A stretch of 64,000 bases of DNA, taken from NCBI GenBank assembly GCA_017883425.1, contig JADGNP010000001.1, positions 2,514 through 66,513 on the forward strand, in the 5' to 3' direction. Both the position numbers and the translations under genes were made by a program. This DNA is from Candidatus Sulfotelmatobacter sp. Lineage in GTDB: Bacteria; Acidobacteriota; Terriglobia; Terriglobales; Acidobacteriaceae. Of this stretch, positions 1 to 9,294 are shown piece after piece. Each line of letters starts with the position of its first letter. Position 1 is the stretch's first letter. The notes below the pieces were generated by a model that saw nothing but the letters and a program-made list of their open reading frames with translations, did no database searches and was not told the DNA's origin.

Positions 1-74
1 CAGTGGAAGGTACCATCCCAGAACTTACGGTCGAAGACTGGTAATTCCGCAACAAGAGGCTTCAGGCCGCTCAT
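1..74 (-). CDS. 5' end of an unidentified CDS running off the left edge (MSGLKPLVAELPVFDRKFWDGTFH...)
   Basis: Minus-strand ATG at 74..72, preceded 5 nt upstream by GGGAGG (revcomp of 80..85). The frame stays open to the window edge. It is absent from the ORF track because there is no stop in the window. Too short to assign a family. Confidence 0.35.
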   Translation of the reverse strand, partial: MSGLKPLVAELPVFDRKFWDGTFH

Positions 75-165
75 CGAGACCTCCCACTGCATCATAGCGG
101 ATGCCGCACGTTTCAACCCGCACCGTCAGAGTGGCGCGCATCTACTTCGAGGCTGCTGACGACCG

Positions 166-1530
166 TTACACCCAGCCGCGTTCGTGGCATGCCTTGGCTA
201 CGCGACCGATCGCGATTGCGTAGGCAGCATCTCTCATATACAACTTTTCCCGGCGCGCCAGATCGGAGACCGCGAAGTATGCGGAAGTCATCTTCAGGTC
301 GAGCTTCCCGAGGACTTCGTCTTTCTCCCAGAAATAGTTCATGTTGCTCTGCACCTGCTCGAAATAGCTGCAGGTCACGCCACCGGCATTCGCCAGAAAG
401 TCGGGGATGAGCAAGATGTTGCGTTTCTGAATCTGAGCGTCGGCTTCCGGTGTGGTTGGCCCGTTGGCGCCTTCAGCGATGATGCGTACTCGGGGACCTA
501 TCCGGTTGACGTTGTCGCCGGTGATCTGGTTTTCCATCGCCGCCGGGATAAGAATGTCGACATCCTGCTCAAGCCATGCCTCTCCCGGCAGTACTTCATA
601 GCCCAGTTCCTTGGCTTTACTTTTGTTGATCCCGCCAAAGTGATCGGTAATCGACGATAGCTGGCTGAGATCGATTCCGTGATTCTTGCGGTAGGTGTAG
701 GGACACTGGTCCGACTGGTCCCAGCAGCAGACTGCGATGACTCGACCTCCCAACCGCTGGTAGAGTTCGATTGCGTAGTGGGCCACATTGCCGAACCCCT
801 GGACGCTGGCCTGGGTATTCTCGGGCCGGATGCCCAGTTCTTTGAGCGCCTCGCGCAATGTAATTACGACGCCATAGCCAGTAGCTTCGGTTCGGCCGAG
901 CGAGCCACCCATGCCGACGGGCTTGCCGGTAATGAAGCCGGGGAACCGGCCACCGTGGATCTTCTCAAACTCATCGAGCATCCAGAGCATGTGTTGCGCG
1001 TCTGTCATTACATCCGGGGCCGGTACATCGGTCACCGGGCCGACATCCTTTGCCACTTGGCGCACCCAGCCACGGCAAATCTGCTCCTGCTCCCGGGCGC
1101 TGAGATTATGCGGATCACAGATCACCCCACCCTTCGCCCCGCCCAGCGGAATATCCACCACGGCGCATTTCCACGTCATCCACATCGATAGAGCCCGTAC
1201 TGTATCGATCGTCTCCTGCGGGTGGAACCGAATGCCACCCTTGCCCGGGCCACGTGCGTCGTTGTGCTGTACGCGGAAACCTCGGAAGACCTTCACCATC
1301 CCGTCGTCCATGCGTACAGGGATGGCAAACTGGTACTCGCGCAGCGGATAGCGCAGGAGATCTCTGGTGGCCGAGTCGAGCCCCAGGTATTCGGCTACTT
1401 TGTCGAACTGAGTCTGTGCGATCTGAAATGAATTGAATGCTTTGGAAGATTTTTTCGCAGGTGGGCCAGGAGCCCCTTTCGAAACTTCCTTTTCGACGTT
1501 GATGGGTTCCGTCAGTACGGGCTCCGGCAT
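166..1530 (-). CDS. gdh: Glutamate dehydrogenase (Glu/Leu/Phe/Val dehydrogenase family)
   Basis: 454-aa ORF. It has the catalytic-Lys motif PLGGAKGGV, the family-typical RGPGKGGIRFHP and the dinucleotide-binding VQGFGNVAHYA. There is a ~40-aa N-terminal extension rich in P/K/E. Confidence 0.9.
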   Translation of the reverse strand: MPEPVLTEPINVEKEVSKGAPGPPAKKSSKAFNSFQIAQTQFDKVAEYLGLDSATRDLLRYPLREYQFAIPVRMDDGMVKVFRGFRVQHNDARGPGKGGIRFHPQETIDTVRALSMWMTWKCAVVDIPLGGAKGGVICDPHNLSAREQEQICRGWVRQVAKDVGPVTDVPAPDVMTDAQHMLWMLDEFEKIHGGRFPGFITGKPVGMGGSLGRTEATGYGVVITLREALKELGIRPENTQASVQGFGNVAHYAIELYQRLGGRVIAVCCWDQSDQCPYTYRKNHGIDLSQLSSITDHFGGINKSKAKELGYEVLPGEAWLEQDVDILIPAAMENQITGDNVNRIGPRVRIIAEGANGPTTPEADAQIQKRNILLIPDFLANAGGVTCSYFEQVQSNMNYFWEKDEVLGKLDLKMTSAYFAVSDLARREKLYMRDAAYAIAIGRVAKACHERGWV

Positions 1531-1597
1531 GGTCTTCTCCTTGTTCTTTCGCAGGCTAATCCAATTATCGCTCCCGTAATGGGAGGGTCCAATGTGA

Positions 1598-2830
1598 TCA
1601 TGCGCACATCCGCTGGTGATCCATACCCTGCGGAGTCACTCTGACGATGTCGTGGTCTTTCCTAATGTTGCCGCCAAACGCCAGCCATCCGAACTGCGGA
1701 TGATCCACGATATAGGTCGCAGTATTCCAGGCATGGCCAAAGAAGTTCGGGCCGTAGTCGCCAGACAACGGGTCTGGCTTCAGCATATCCGGGAATCCAT
1801 GGAAGGCCGCGGAAGCGAATCCTTCCTGATCGATGGTCGGTGAGTGCGCCCATGGTTCCACCGTAACCCACGCGCAGCGAGTAGAAATCGTCAGGATGTT
1901 CGCGATACTCGGCGACCCGGAGCGAGACTGAGCGCTGTAGGAGGATTCCACGGTTGCGCCGTCTTCCACTCATTTTCGGCATAGGCCTGGCTATGCACCA
2001 TCCATTCGTAAAAACCATCGAACGTGATTCCTCGAGGTGTGGGGTCGGTGAATACGGGCTTCGCCCCCCATGGACCTGGCCGATCGAGAATGGGATTGTA
2101 AGCCTCAAATGGCGTCTTACCCTCGGGCACGACCAACAGTGCAGGGCCATGCCCACTCAGCCGCGTCACTTGCAGATATCCCGCATCTTCTCCGATATAC
2201 GGATCGTAGAAAGAGCACTTGGCGTGCGCCTCTTCCAGACCGGTCGTTGAGCACATTGTTGAAGATCAGTGGGAGGCCCAGTGCTCCAATCTGGATGGTC
2301 TCCGATGATTTGTTTTTCAACTCGAATCGGAGGACGAGTCTTCCCGATTCGAGTGCCCAGACGCGCGTAAGCTGCAGGGGAAAATCCGCGGGCAAGGTGG
2401 GCGTCAAATCAGCAGCCGCCAGAACGCCCTTTGATGCCGGCAAAACAGTGACTGGAGTACGAACCGCAGCCGTCGAATCGTTTCTCCAGCCTTCAGAACT
2501 TCCCTTTCGCAAACGAAGCGTAATGTCGCCCAGATGAAAATAACCATCCTGGGAGCGGTCGATCAGCAGATCACCCGGCGTGAAATCGAAATCGCCAGCG
2601 CCCTTCGGCCTCAAAGCTGCGACGGTCTGCGAAGAGCGAACCAGAGTGAGGGTAAATTCGGGCGTGTCTAAGTCAATGGTCCCTTCACTGAGCATAGGAC
2701 CGGGAGTTGGCGGCTCTTTTTTCTTTCCGTCTTGAGCAGAGACCGGCAGGTGCGAGAGCGCGAAGAGGCTTAGAGCAATGCAACACAATCGGATGGCATG
2801 AGCAGCCCGAGTGGAACGGAGGTTATGCAC
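1598..2830 (-). pseudogene. Disrupted gene for a secreted protein of unknown function (tentatively DUF5695-like); at least 2 frameshifts and probable internal deletion
   Basis: Three minus-strand ORFs in different frames (2117..2830, 1891..2256, 1598..1969) read as one protein. It starts with the signal peptide MHNLRSTRAAHAIRLCCIALSLFALSHLPVSAQ and runs to ...GALGLPLIFNN. The frame switches near 2250 to TGLEEAHAKCSFYDPYIGEDAGYLQVTRL...AENEWKTAQPWNPP. It switches again near 1950 to FPDMLKPDPLSGDYGPNFFGHAWNTATYIVDHPQFGWLAFGGNI. The total of ~410 codons is about half the size I recall for this family. Confidence 0.6.
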
Positions 2831-2942
2831 GTTCTTGGACCTCTCTTGAGATCACCAACCTGGCGTCCAACAGCGAAGTAGCGGTGCACGCCGAGATTCG
2901 CTTTATGTCCGCTCGCAGAACTGCTTGATCGCGAGCTCTGGC

Positions 2943-4445
2943 TCAAAATCCATTCGCCAGGTGGTGGTACATATCGTTCCAACGAAGTTCCTTCACGAAG
3001 CTTGCAATCGTGGTCTCGGCGTTGATCAGCAAGCATTCCATGCCTGCCATCTCTGCAAAGTTTTCCAGGTGCTCCGGCGTCAAGGCACAGCTTAAAACCG
3101 TGTGATGAGCGCCGCCAGCATGGATCCACGCGGTAGCCGCAACCTTCAAATTGGGTTCGGGTATCCAGACCGCTCTCGCAACTGGGAGTTTGGGCAGAGG
3201 ATGCTGGGGCTGGATCACATTCACTTGATTGACGATCAACCGAAACCGGTTTCCCATGTCGACTACCGACGCATTGACACCTTTGCCTGAGGCGGCAGTA
3301 AATACCAGGCGGACGGGATCTGCCTTGCCACCGATGGAGAGCGGATGGATTTCAGCGGACGGCTTTTCGTTTGTGATCGACGGACACACTTCCAACATGT
3401 GGGCACCCAACACCTGAGCGCCATCTTTCAGGTGATAGGTATAGTCCTCCATGAATGAGGCTCCGCCCTTGAGGCCGTGACTCATGACTTTCACCGCCCG
3501 GACTAGAGCTGCGGTTTTCCAGTCGCCTTCAGCCCCAAACCCATAGCCATCGGCCATCAGGCGTTGAACGGCGATTCCGGGGAGTTGGGCCAGGCCATGC
3601 AAATCCTCAAAGGTATCTGTGAAGGCTTGCGAACCGGTTTCCTCTAGAAAATGGCGGAGACCGATCTCAATCTTGGCAGCCTCAAGTAAGGATTGGCGCT
3701 TGCCCCCACCTTTGCGAAGCGACTCCACGACCGCGTAGGCATCGTCATAATCAGCCGTAAACTTGTTGATTTCTGCTTCGGTTACTTGCTGGACGCATTG
3801 CCCTAAATCTCCTACTCCGTAGCCATTGACCGTATAACCCAGATCGATTTGCGCATTGACCTTGTTTCCTTCGGTCACAGCAACGTTGCGCATGTTGTCG
3901 CCGAAGCGAGCGACCTTCAGATGTTGAGCATCGTGCCAGGCGCAGGCGGCGCGCATCCATGCGCCGATCTCCGAGTGAACATCCGCATCCTTCCAGTGGC
4001 CTACTACAACCTTGCGCTTGAGGCGCATTCGGGCTCCGATGAATCCGAATTCGCGATCACCATGGGCCGACTGGTTGAGATTCATGAAGTCCATATCGAT
4101 GGTCGACCATGGCAGCTCGTCATTGAACTGAGTGTGCAGGTGCAGCAAGGGCTTCCTGAGCGACTTCAAGCCAGCGATCCACATGCGAGACGGTGAGAAG
4201 GTGTGCATCCAGGTGATGACCCCGATGCAGTTCTTTGAACTGTCGGCGGCCTGGCACAACTGGTAAATCGATTCGCTGCTGGTCATCACTGGTTTCGCGA
4301 CGATCCTTATCGGCATCTCAAGAGATGCGCCAAGGCCCCGCGCAACCTCGGTAGCATGCTGCTCGACTTTTTTCAGCGTTTCCGGCCCGTAGAGATGCTG
4401 GCTTCCGGTGACGAACCAAGCTTCCAGATTCGATAGATCGATCAC
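2943..4445 (-). CDS. araA: L-arabinose isomerase
   Basis: 500 aa. The N-terminus [27 protein letters not shown] closely matches E. coli AraA ([27 protein letters not shown]). Length is typical and the frame is intact. An AAGAGGA RBS lies upstream. Confidence 0.95.
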   Translation of the reverse strand: MIDLSNLEAWFVTGSQHLYGPETLKKVEQHATEVARGLGASLEMPIRIVAKPVMTSSESIYQLCQAADSSKNCIGVITWMHTFSPSRMWIAGLKSLRKPLLHLHTQFNDELPWSTIDMDFMNLNQSAHGDREFGFIGARMRLKRKVVVGHWKDADVHSEIGAWMRAACAWHDAQHLKVARFGDNMRNVAVTEGNKVNAQIDLGYTVNGYGVGDLGQCVQQVTEAEINKFTADYDDAYAVVESLRKGGGKRQSLLEAAKIEIGLRHFLEETGSQAFTDTFEDLHGLAQLPGIAVQRLMADGYGFGAEGDWKTAALVRAVKVMSHGLKGGASFMEDYTYHLKDGAQVLGAHMLEVCPSITNEKPSAEIHPLSIGGKADPVRLVFTAASGKGVNASVVDMGNRFRLIVNQVNVIQPQHPLPKLPVARAVWIPEPNLKVAATAWIHAGGAHHTVLSCALTPEHLENFAEMAGMECLLINAETTIASFVKELRWNDMYHHLANGF

Positions 4446-4685
4446 TCAGTCCTCTTTTCCCATACCCATTTCATTTGTGCGGTCTGGCATCGGCGACTTG
4501 CACTACACAGCGCCTGCCTCGTGCCAGAGTTGCAGGGCACAGAAAGGCTCTTTTCCGGATCAAACAATGCCGGCAATCGGGGTAGGTTTTGATTGAGTAC
4601 TTACTATTGACGGCATTAGAAGAAAGAACGCGGGTCGCTAGAATCCCTGTCCAACTCATCCCAGTCTCCTCGCCGGCAGAAACGA

Positions 4686-4697
4686 GTAAACGTTTGC
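4686..4697. promoter_or_regulatory. LacI-type operator candidate GTAAACGTTTGC (araA / GH43 divergent region), abutting a TACAAT -10-like hexamer at 4698..4703
   Basis: Near-palindrome centred on CG. An identical 14-mer AGTAAACGTTTGCT recurs at 9173..9186. It is a member of the recurrent intergenic motif described in the findings. Confidence 0.5.
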
Positions 4698-4760
4698 TAC
4701 AATTTGCTAAAATTATACCCCGTCACCTCTTCTACTGCACTAGGAAAGGCAGCCTCACAT

Positions 4761-5858
4761 ATGAATATCCGCTTCTTTCTGGGCTGCATGGTTCTGGCAG
4801 GCTTTTCGATCGTCGGTAGCCCTGCTCAGCAATCCTCCGGCACACCCCAGGCCCTTGAGTTACACGGGGACATTCAATACGTGCACGATCCTGCCATCAT
4901 TCGGAAGGGCATGACCTGGTACCTGTTCAGTACCGCCAATGGTCCCGAACATGGAGGTCAAATCCCGATCCGCTGCTCCCAAGACCTGCACGCGTGGCAA
5001 AGATGTGGGGATGTACTCGGTGAAATTCCGCAGTGGATCAAGAAAGAGAGCCCGCAAACCAAAGAACTCTGGGCACCAGACATCTCCTACTTCAACGGCG
5101 AGTATCACCTCTACTATGCCTTTTCAATATTCGGTAAGAATACTTCAGGCATCGCGCTGGTAACCAATAAGACACTAAACCCGAAGAGTCCGGACTTTCA
5201 CTGGGTGGATCGGGGATTGGTGGTTCGTTCCCGTGCGGAAGACAACTTCAATGCGATCGACCCAAATTTGATCATGGATGAGAACGGCCGAGTTTGGCTG
5301 GCCTTCGGCAGCTTCTGGGATGGTATCAAGATGAGGCGCATCGATACCCAGACCGGTTTATTGTCGTCCGAAGATACCAAGTTGTACTCTCTGGCCCGAC
5401 GCAGGCGCCCTAAGAATCCTCCGCCAGGCCCGCCCGGTCTGCCTGGCAATTGGCAAGCGATTGAGGCGCCCTTCATTGTTCACCACGATGATTACTACTA
5501 TCTATTTGTTTCATCTGATCTCTGCTGCCGCGGAATCAAGAGCACCTACAAGATCATGGTAGGGCGCTCGCATGCCGTTACCGGGCCGTACGTTGATGCG
5601 GATGGCTCGCCGATGATGGAGGGAGGTGAAACCGCTTTGTTGCAGGGCAACAGGCGCTGGATTGGGCCCGGCGGAGAATCCGTGCTAAAGGAGAAAGACG
5701 GAGACATCATCGTATTCCACGCCTACGACAACGTCAGCGGTCAACCGTACCTCCAGATTTCCACGATGGTATGGATCCACGGTTGGCCCAAGGTTGCGCT
5801 GGAGGGCGGCAAAACGGCCGCCGAGTCAGCAGAGAACGGTCGCTCCGTTCAACACTAG
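4761..5858 (+). CDS. GH43 endo-1,5-alpha-L-arabinanase, Sec-secreted
   Basis: Motifs HDPAIIRKGMTWYLFST and LWAPDISYFNGEYHLYYAFSIFGKNTSGIAL resemble AbnA-type GH43. I prefer the ATG at 4761 (MNIRFFLGCMVLAGFSIVGSPAQQ signal peptide) over the track start at 4704. Confidence 0.85.
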   Translation: MNIRFFLGCMVLAGFSIVGSPAQQSSGTPQALELHGDIQYVHDPAIIRKGMTWYLFSTANGPEHGGQIPIRCSQDLHAWQRCGDVLGEIPQWIKKESPQTKELWAPDISYFNGEYHLYYAFSIFGKNTSGIALVTNKTLNPKSPDFHWVDRGLVVRSRAEDNFNAIDPNLIMDENGRVWLAFGSFWDGIKMRRIDTQTGLLSSEDTKLYSLARRRRPKNPPPGPPGLPGNWQAIEAPFIVHHDDYYYLFVSSDLCCRGIKSTYKIMVGRSHAVTGPYVDADGSPMMEGGETALLQGNRRWIGPGGESVLKEKDGDIIVFHAYDNVSGQPYLQISTMVWIHGWPKVALEGGKTAAESAENGRSVQH

Positions 5859-7519
5859 GACAATGTCAAAGCCAGCTTTGTAACTGACGCTGGCGGAAAC
5901 GCATAGGTCAGCGTTCGTCCTTTGATGTCCAAGCCCTTCGTTTGCGGCGTAACAACATCCCGATGCGCAAACGTGTTGTGCGCATGGATGTCGGAGTTGG
6001 TAAGCGTTGTGGCCGATCCCGATTTCAGCAGGGCCCCCCGCAGGCTGATTTCTGCTTCGCTCGGCTGGCTTACATGAGGGTTAACGACTGTGAGTGTCAG
6101 ATTTTTTTCGCGTAGTGAAGCCGATCCCTTCAGTCCCCAAAAAGAAGCCGGCTTCCCGTCTCGATCATATTGAATCGTGGGCGCGGAAAAAATCGTGCGC
6201 AGTGCCTGGCCGCCCTGGTGGGAGGCATACAGTGCGAACACGTGCCCGACGGGCGTTACGACGAACCGGTCTTCATGCGCCAGATACAAGCTATTTAGAC
6301 AGTTAATCAACTGCGCGCACGCCGCCATGGCGACTTTCCCGGGATGGCGATTGAAGATGTCCAGCGTCATTCCGCTGAAGACCGCGTCGCGCAACGTTGG
6401 CATCTGCTCCAGTTGATCCCCGGGAGTTGCCTCACTGCCAGGTCGATACCATGGGCCCCACTCATCGACGATCAACTTTACGGAGTGTTGGGTATCCACC
6501 TCTCCCATGACCTGCCAATGGCCGTTAATCAGCTCTTCCATGCGGTCCCCTTCGCGCATCAACTCATACCAGTCGACCGCATCGAAGTTAAGCGCATCCC
6601 CCTTGCCTTGGTTCCAATCCTGCGTCTTTCCCCGGCTGAGGTTCCAGGCATAGTGATGAAGCGCCCAGCCATAAATGGATCGGAGTCCGCCTTTTCCTTT
6701 ACGCACGATCTCTTCGAAGAACTCTCGAGTCCAGGCCCAATTATCCACATTTGGCCCAGACCCGATAAACGACAACTCCTGTCCGAATCGCGGCACCCAC
6801 GTAGTGAATCGCCGGAATTCGACGGCGTATTCGGACGCAGTGAAATCCCCTCCGCATCCCCACGATTCGTTGCCAACGCCCCAATAGCGAACGTTGAAAG
6901 GATCTTTGAAACCAGCGTCTGCGCGCAAGTCGGCTAGGGTCGTGCTCCCAGCGGGAGAGTTGCAGTACTCGACCCAGCGAAAGAATTCCTCGGCGGGAAG
7001 GCTGCGCAGGTTCGCGGCCAGATAAGGCTCACCGCCAATCAACTTGCAGAAATGCGCAAACTCATTCGTGCCAAACTCGTTGGGATCGTAGCGGTGACTG
7101 GCGGGGGCCGCACTGCTTTCTCCCTCGGCCCAGAAGTTCGTGCGCCTTGGCCTCTTGTTTACTGGACCGACGCCATCGCGCCAGTCGTAACTGTCCGCAA
7201 AGCAGCCTCCGGGAAAACGCACCACCGGAGGCTTGATCTTGCGCATTTCGTCGATCAGTTCCTTGCGAATTCCGTCGACGTTCGGCACCTTGGAGTTCGG
7301 GCCCACCCAGACTCCGTCGTAAACCACTCCGCTTAAATTTTCCACGAAATGGCCGTAGATGTTAGGGGAAATGGTTCCCAGTGGCTCGTCCAGCAGAACC
7401 TCGATGCGGGCGCCAGTGGCATTCGACTGGGTCCAGCCCAGGGGAGATGCAGCTTTGGCGGCGAGAACAGCGCCCGCGCCAGCCAGACTTGTGCGAAGAA
7501 ACTGACGGCGATCGATCAT
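5855..7519 (-). CDS. GH51 alpha-L-arabinofuranosidase, Tat signal
   Basis: 554 aa. Twin-arginine leader MIDRRQFLRTSLAGAGAVLAAKA. GH51 motifs VVRFPGGCFADSYDWRDGVGP and YWGVGNESWGCGG are present. Confidence 0.88.
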   Translation of the reverse strand: MIDRRQFLRTSLAGAGAVLAAKAASPLGWTQSNATGARIEVLLDEPLGTISPNIYGHFVENLSGVVYDGVWVGPNSKVPNVDGIRKELIDEMRKIKPPVVRFPGGCFADSYDWRDGVGPVNKRPRRTNFWAEGESSAAPASHRYDPNEFGTNEFAHFCKLIGGEPYLAANLRSLPAEEFFRWVEYCNSPAGSTTLADLRADAGFKDPFNVRYWGVGNESWGCGGDFTASEYAVEFRRFTTWVPRFGQELSFIGSGPNVDNWAWTREFFEEIVRKGKGGLRSIYGWALHHYAWNLSRGKTQDWNQGKGDALNFDAVDWYELMREGDRMEELINGHWQVMGEVDTQHSVKLIVDEWGPWYRPGSEATPGDQLEQMPTLRDAVFSGMTLDIFNRHPGKVAMAACAQLINCLNSLYLAHEDRFVVTPVGHVFALYASHQGGQALRTIFSAPTIQYDRDGKPASFWGLKGSASLREKNLTLTVVNPHVSQPSEAEISLRGALLKSGSATTLTNSDIHAHNTFAHRDVVTPQTKGLDIKGRTLTYAFPPASVTKLALTLS

Positions 7520-7558
7520 GGCAATTCACCCTCAAGTACGAACGAAATCCTTCGGATA

Positions 7559-7570
7559 GTAAACGCTTGC
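7559..7570. promoter_or_regulatory. LacI-type operator candidate GTAAACGCTTGC, 40 nt upstream of the GH51 start
   Basis: Matches the recurrent motif in 11 of 12 positions relative to the site at 4686. Confidence 0.45.
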
Positions 7571-7692
7571 CATCCGGGATGCTACAGTTTTCATTTTCTT
7601 GATGGCATTCCGTTACCGGATATCCTTTTTGAGGTCGAAGCCTGAATCCTGCCTACTTGAGGCTCGGCTGGATCGGCGCGTAGATCGTCACG

Positions 7693-7704
7693 CTAAACGA
7701 TTGC
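7693..7704. promoter_or_regulatory. LacI-type operator candidate CTAAACGATTGC upstream of the LacI paralogue 1 gene (possible autoregulation)
   Basis: Lies 64 nt upstream of the ATG at 7768. A TATCAT -10-like hexamer follows at 7715..7720. Confidence 0.4.
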
Positions 7705-7767
7705 CCCTATTTGGTATCATCTTTTGTTTCCTGATCGCGGCCTGCAATGCCGCGCGCGGCCCATCTC

Positions 7768-8808
7768 ATGGATATTCGCGAAATCGCCAAGCGTGCACGA
7801 GTTTCGACTGCGACCGTGTCTCGCACCATCAACCGAATTCCAACGGTCAATCCTCAACTCGCCAAGCGAGTCTGGAACGTCGTTGAAGAACTTGGCTACT
7901 ATCCCAACACTCAGGCTCGCGCCCTCGTTTCCGGACGCAGCCGAATATTTGGCCTCATCATCTCGGAGATCACAAATCCATTCTTTCCCGAGATCGTACA
8001 AGTATTCGAGCGGATTGCGGTCCAGCATCACTACGAAATCATGCTGACCTCGACCGAAAATGATCCTACACAAATGGAGATAGCCGTACGGCGCATGATC
8101 GAACGCCGCGTCGAGGGAGTTGCCATTATGACCTTCGGCATGGAAGAGGTATTGCTGGAGGATCTGAAACTGCGCAAGGTACCCCTCGTATTCGTGGACG
8201 TCGGGCCGGCACGTCCCAGGGTCAGCAATATTCGCATCGACTATGTCCACGGGATTCGGCAGGCGGTCCAGCATCTGGCTGCGCTTCGCCACCATAGGAT
8301 TGGCTTCATATCCGGTCCCCTACATTTGAAATCGGCCGAGGCCCGTAAGCAGGCCTTCCTCAACTCGATGGCAGAGATCGGGTTGGACGTGGACAGGACT
8401 CTAGTCGTCGAAGGGACTCATACGATCGAAGGCGGCATCGCGGCGTTGGGCAAGCTACTGGCCGAACCGAACAGGCCTACTGCAGTCCTTTGCTCGAACG
8501 ACATGACGGCCATGGGGGTCATGAGAAAAGCTTATGAAGAAGGAATTCAGATTCCCGCGGATCTTTCGGTGATTGGCTTCGACGATATTCGTTTAGCACA
8601 ATTTATCTTGCCCGCCCTCACAACAGTGCAAATGTCGCAGGCTGAACTCGCTCGATTGGCTTTCAATGCACTTCTTACGGAATTGCAGCGGGCAGTACCC
8701 TCGCCTACGGGAACGGAATATGTATTGCAAACGCACCTTGTCCTTCGCGAGTCTACACGTCTGGTTCCGGGTCACGTAAAGGCCCCTGCGGGAAAGAAGC
8801 GATCGTAG
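7768..8808 (+). CDS. LacI-family transcriptional regulator (paralogue 1)
   Basis: HTH MDIREIAKRARVSTATVSRTINR followed by a periplasmic-binding-fold sugar domain (AVLCSNDMTAMGV, SVIGFDDI). Start taken at MDIREI (7768) by colinearity with the paralogue at 34366. Confidence 0.9.
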   Translation: MDIREIAKRARVSTATVSRTINRIPTVNPQLAKRVWNVVEELGYYPNTQARALVSGRSRIFGLIISEITNPFFPEIVQVFERIAVQHHYEIMLTSTENDPTQMEIAVRRMIERRVEGVAIMTFGMEEVLLEDLKLRKVPLVFVDVGPARPRVSNIRIDYVHGIRQAVQHLAALRHHRIGFISGPLHLKSAEARKQAFLNSMAEIGLDVDRTLVVEGTHTIEGGIAALGKLLAEPNRPTAVLCSNDMTAMGVMRKAYEEGIQIPADLSVIGFDDIRLAQFILPALTTVQMSQAELARLAFNALLTELQRAVPSPTGTEYVLQTHLVLRESTRLVPGHVKAPAGKKRS

Positions 8809-9122
8809 CTCTCTTCTTACCGGCGGCTCCCAGGACAAGCGGCATCAGGCTCCCCATTGAAGGACTTATCTTGGCGGCTTGAATCAAAGCGGGCAGCACT
8901 TGTCCGAACTCGCTTTTCCCGGGTTCGCCGAAAAGGAAATAGAACCTGCGATAGTGCTGATACAGATCTTCGTACACTGACTGGGCTGCATTCCCGGGTT
9001 CATAGACTGTGAAGGACGAGCAAATTCTATTCTGCGCCTCATCAATCGTCTTGAATGTGCCCGCGCCGAACCAGTTCGAGGTTGGCGTCCAGCACCTGTT
9101 CACGCAACGCAGGTAGAAGCAT
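8753..9122 (-). pseudogene. Deletion scar: first ~20 codons of L-ribulose-5-phosphate 4-epimerase (araD') fused out of frame to the 3' end of ribulokinase ('araB)
   Basis: The minus-strand ATG at 9122 gives MLLPALREQVLDANLELVRRG, then terminates after HIQDD (compare E. coli AraD MLEDLKRQVLEANLALPKH). From ~9070 a different frame reads FGAGTFKTIDEAQNRICSSFTVYEPGNAAQSVYEDLYQHYRRFYFLFG...VLPALI. That resembles the ribulokinase C-terminus (B. subtilis AraB ...[26 protein letters not shown]). About 700 codons of araD+araB are missing. Confidence 0.6.
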
Positions 9123-9173
9123 ATTTACCCCGAGGGTGGAATCCGCCGAGAACCGCTCAGGTTCGCTGATATA

Positions 9174-9185
9174 GTAAACGTTTGC
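9174..9185. promoter_or_regulatory. LacI-type operator candidate GTAAACGTTTGC between the araD' remnant and the aldo/keto reductase
   Basis: Identical to the site at 4686. Lies 52 nt upstream of the araD' ATG (minus) and 110 nt upstream of the AKR ATG (plus). A TACAAT hexamer sits at 9198..9203. Confidence 0.5.
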
Positions 9186-9294
9186 TCGCCGCGGTGTTAC
9201 AATTTTCACCGGAAGTTTGGGGATTTATCGGGCGTGCCGCGCCATCGATGGCACGCGCAACGGAGTTTCGGTCGATCGCAGCTAAAGAAAAACC

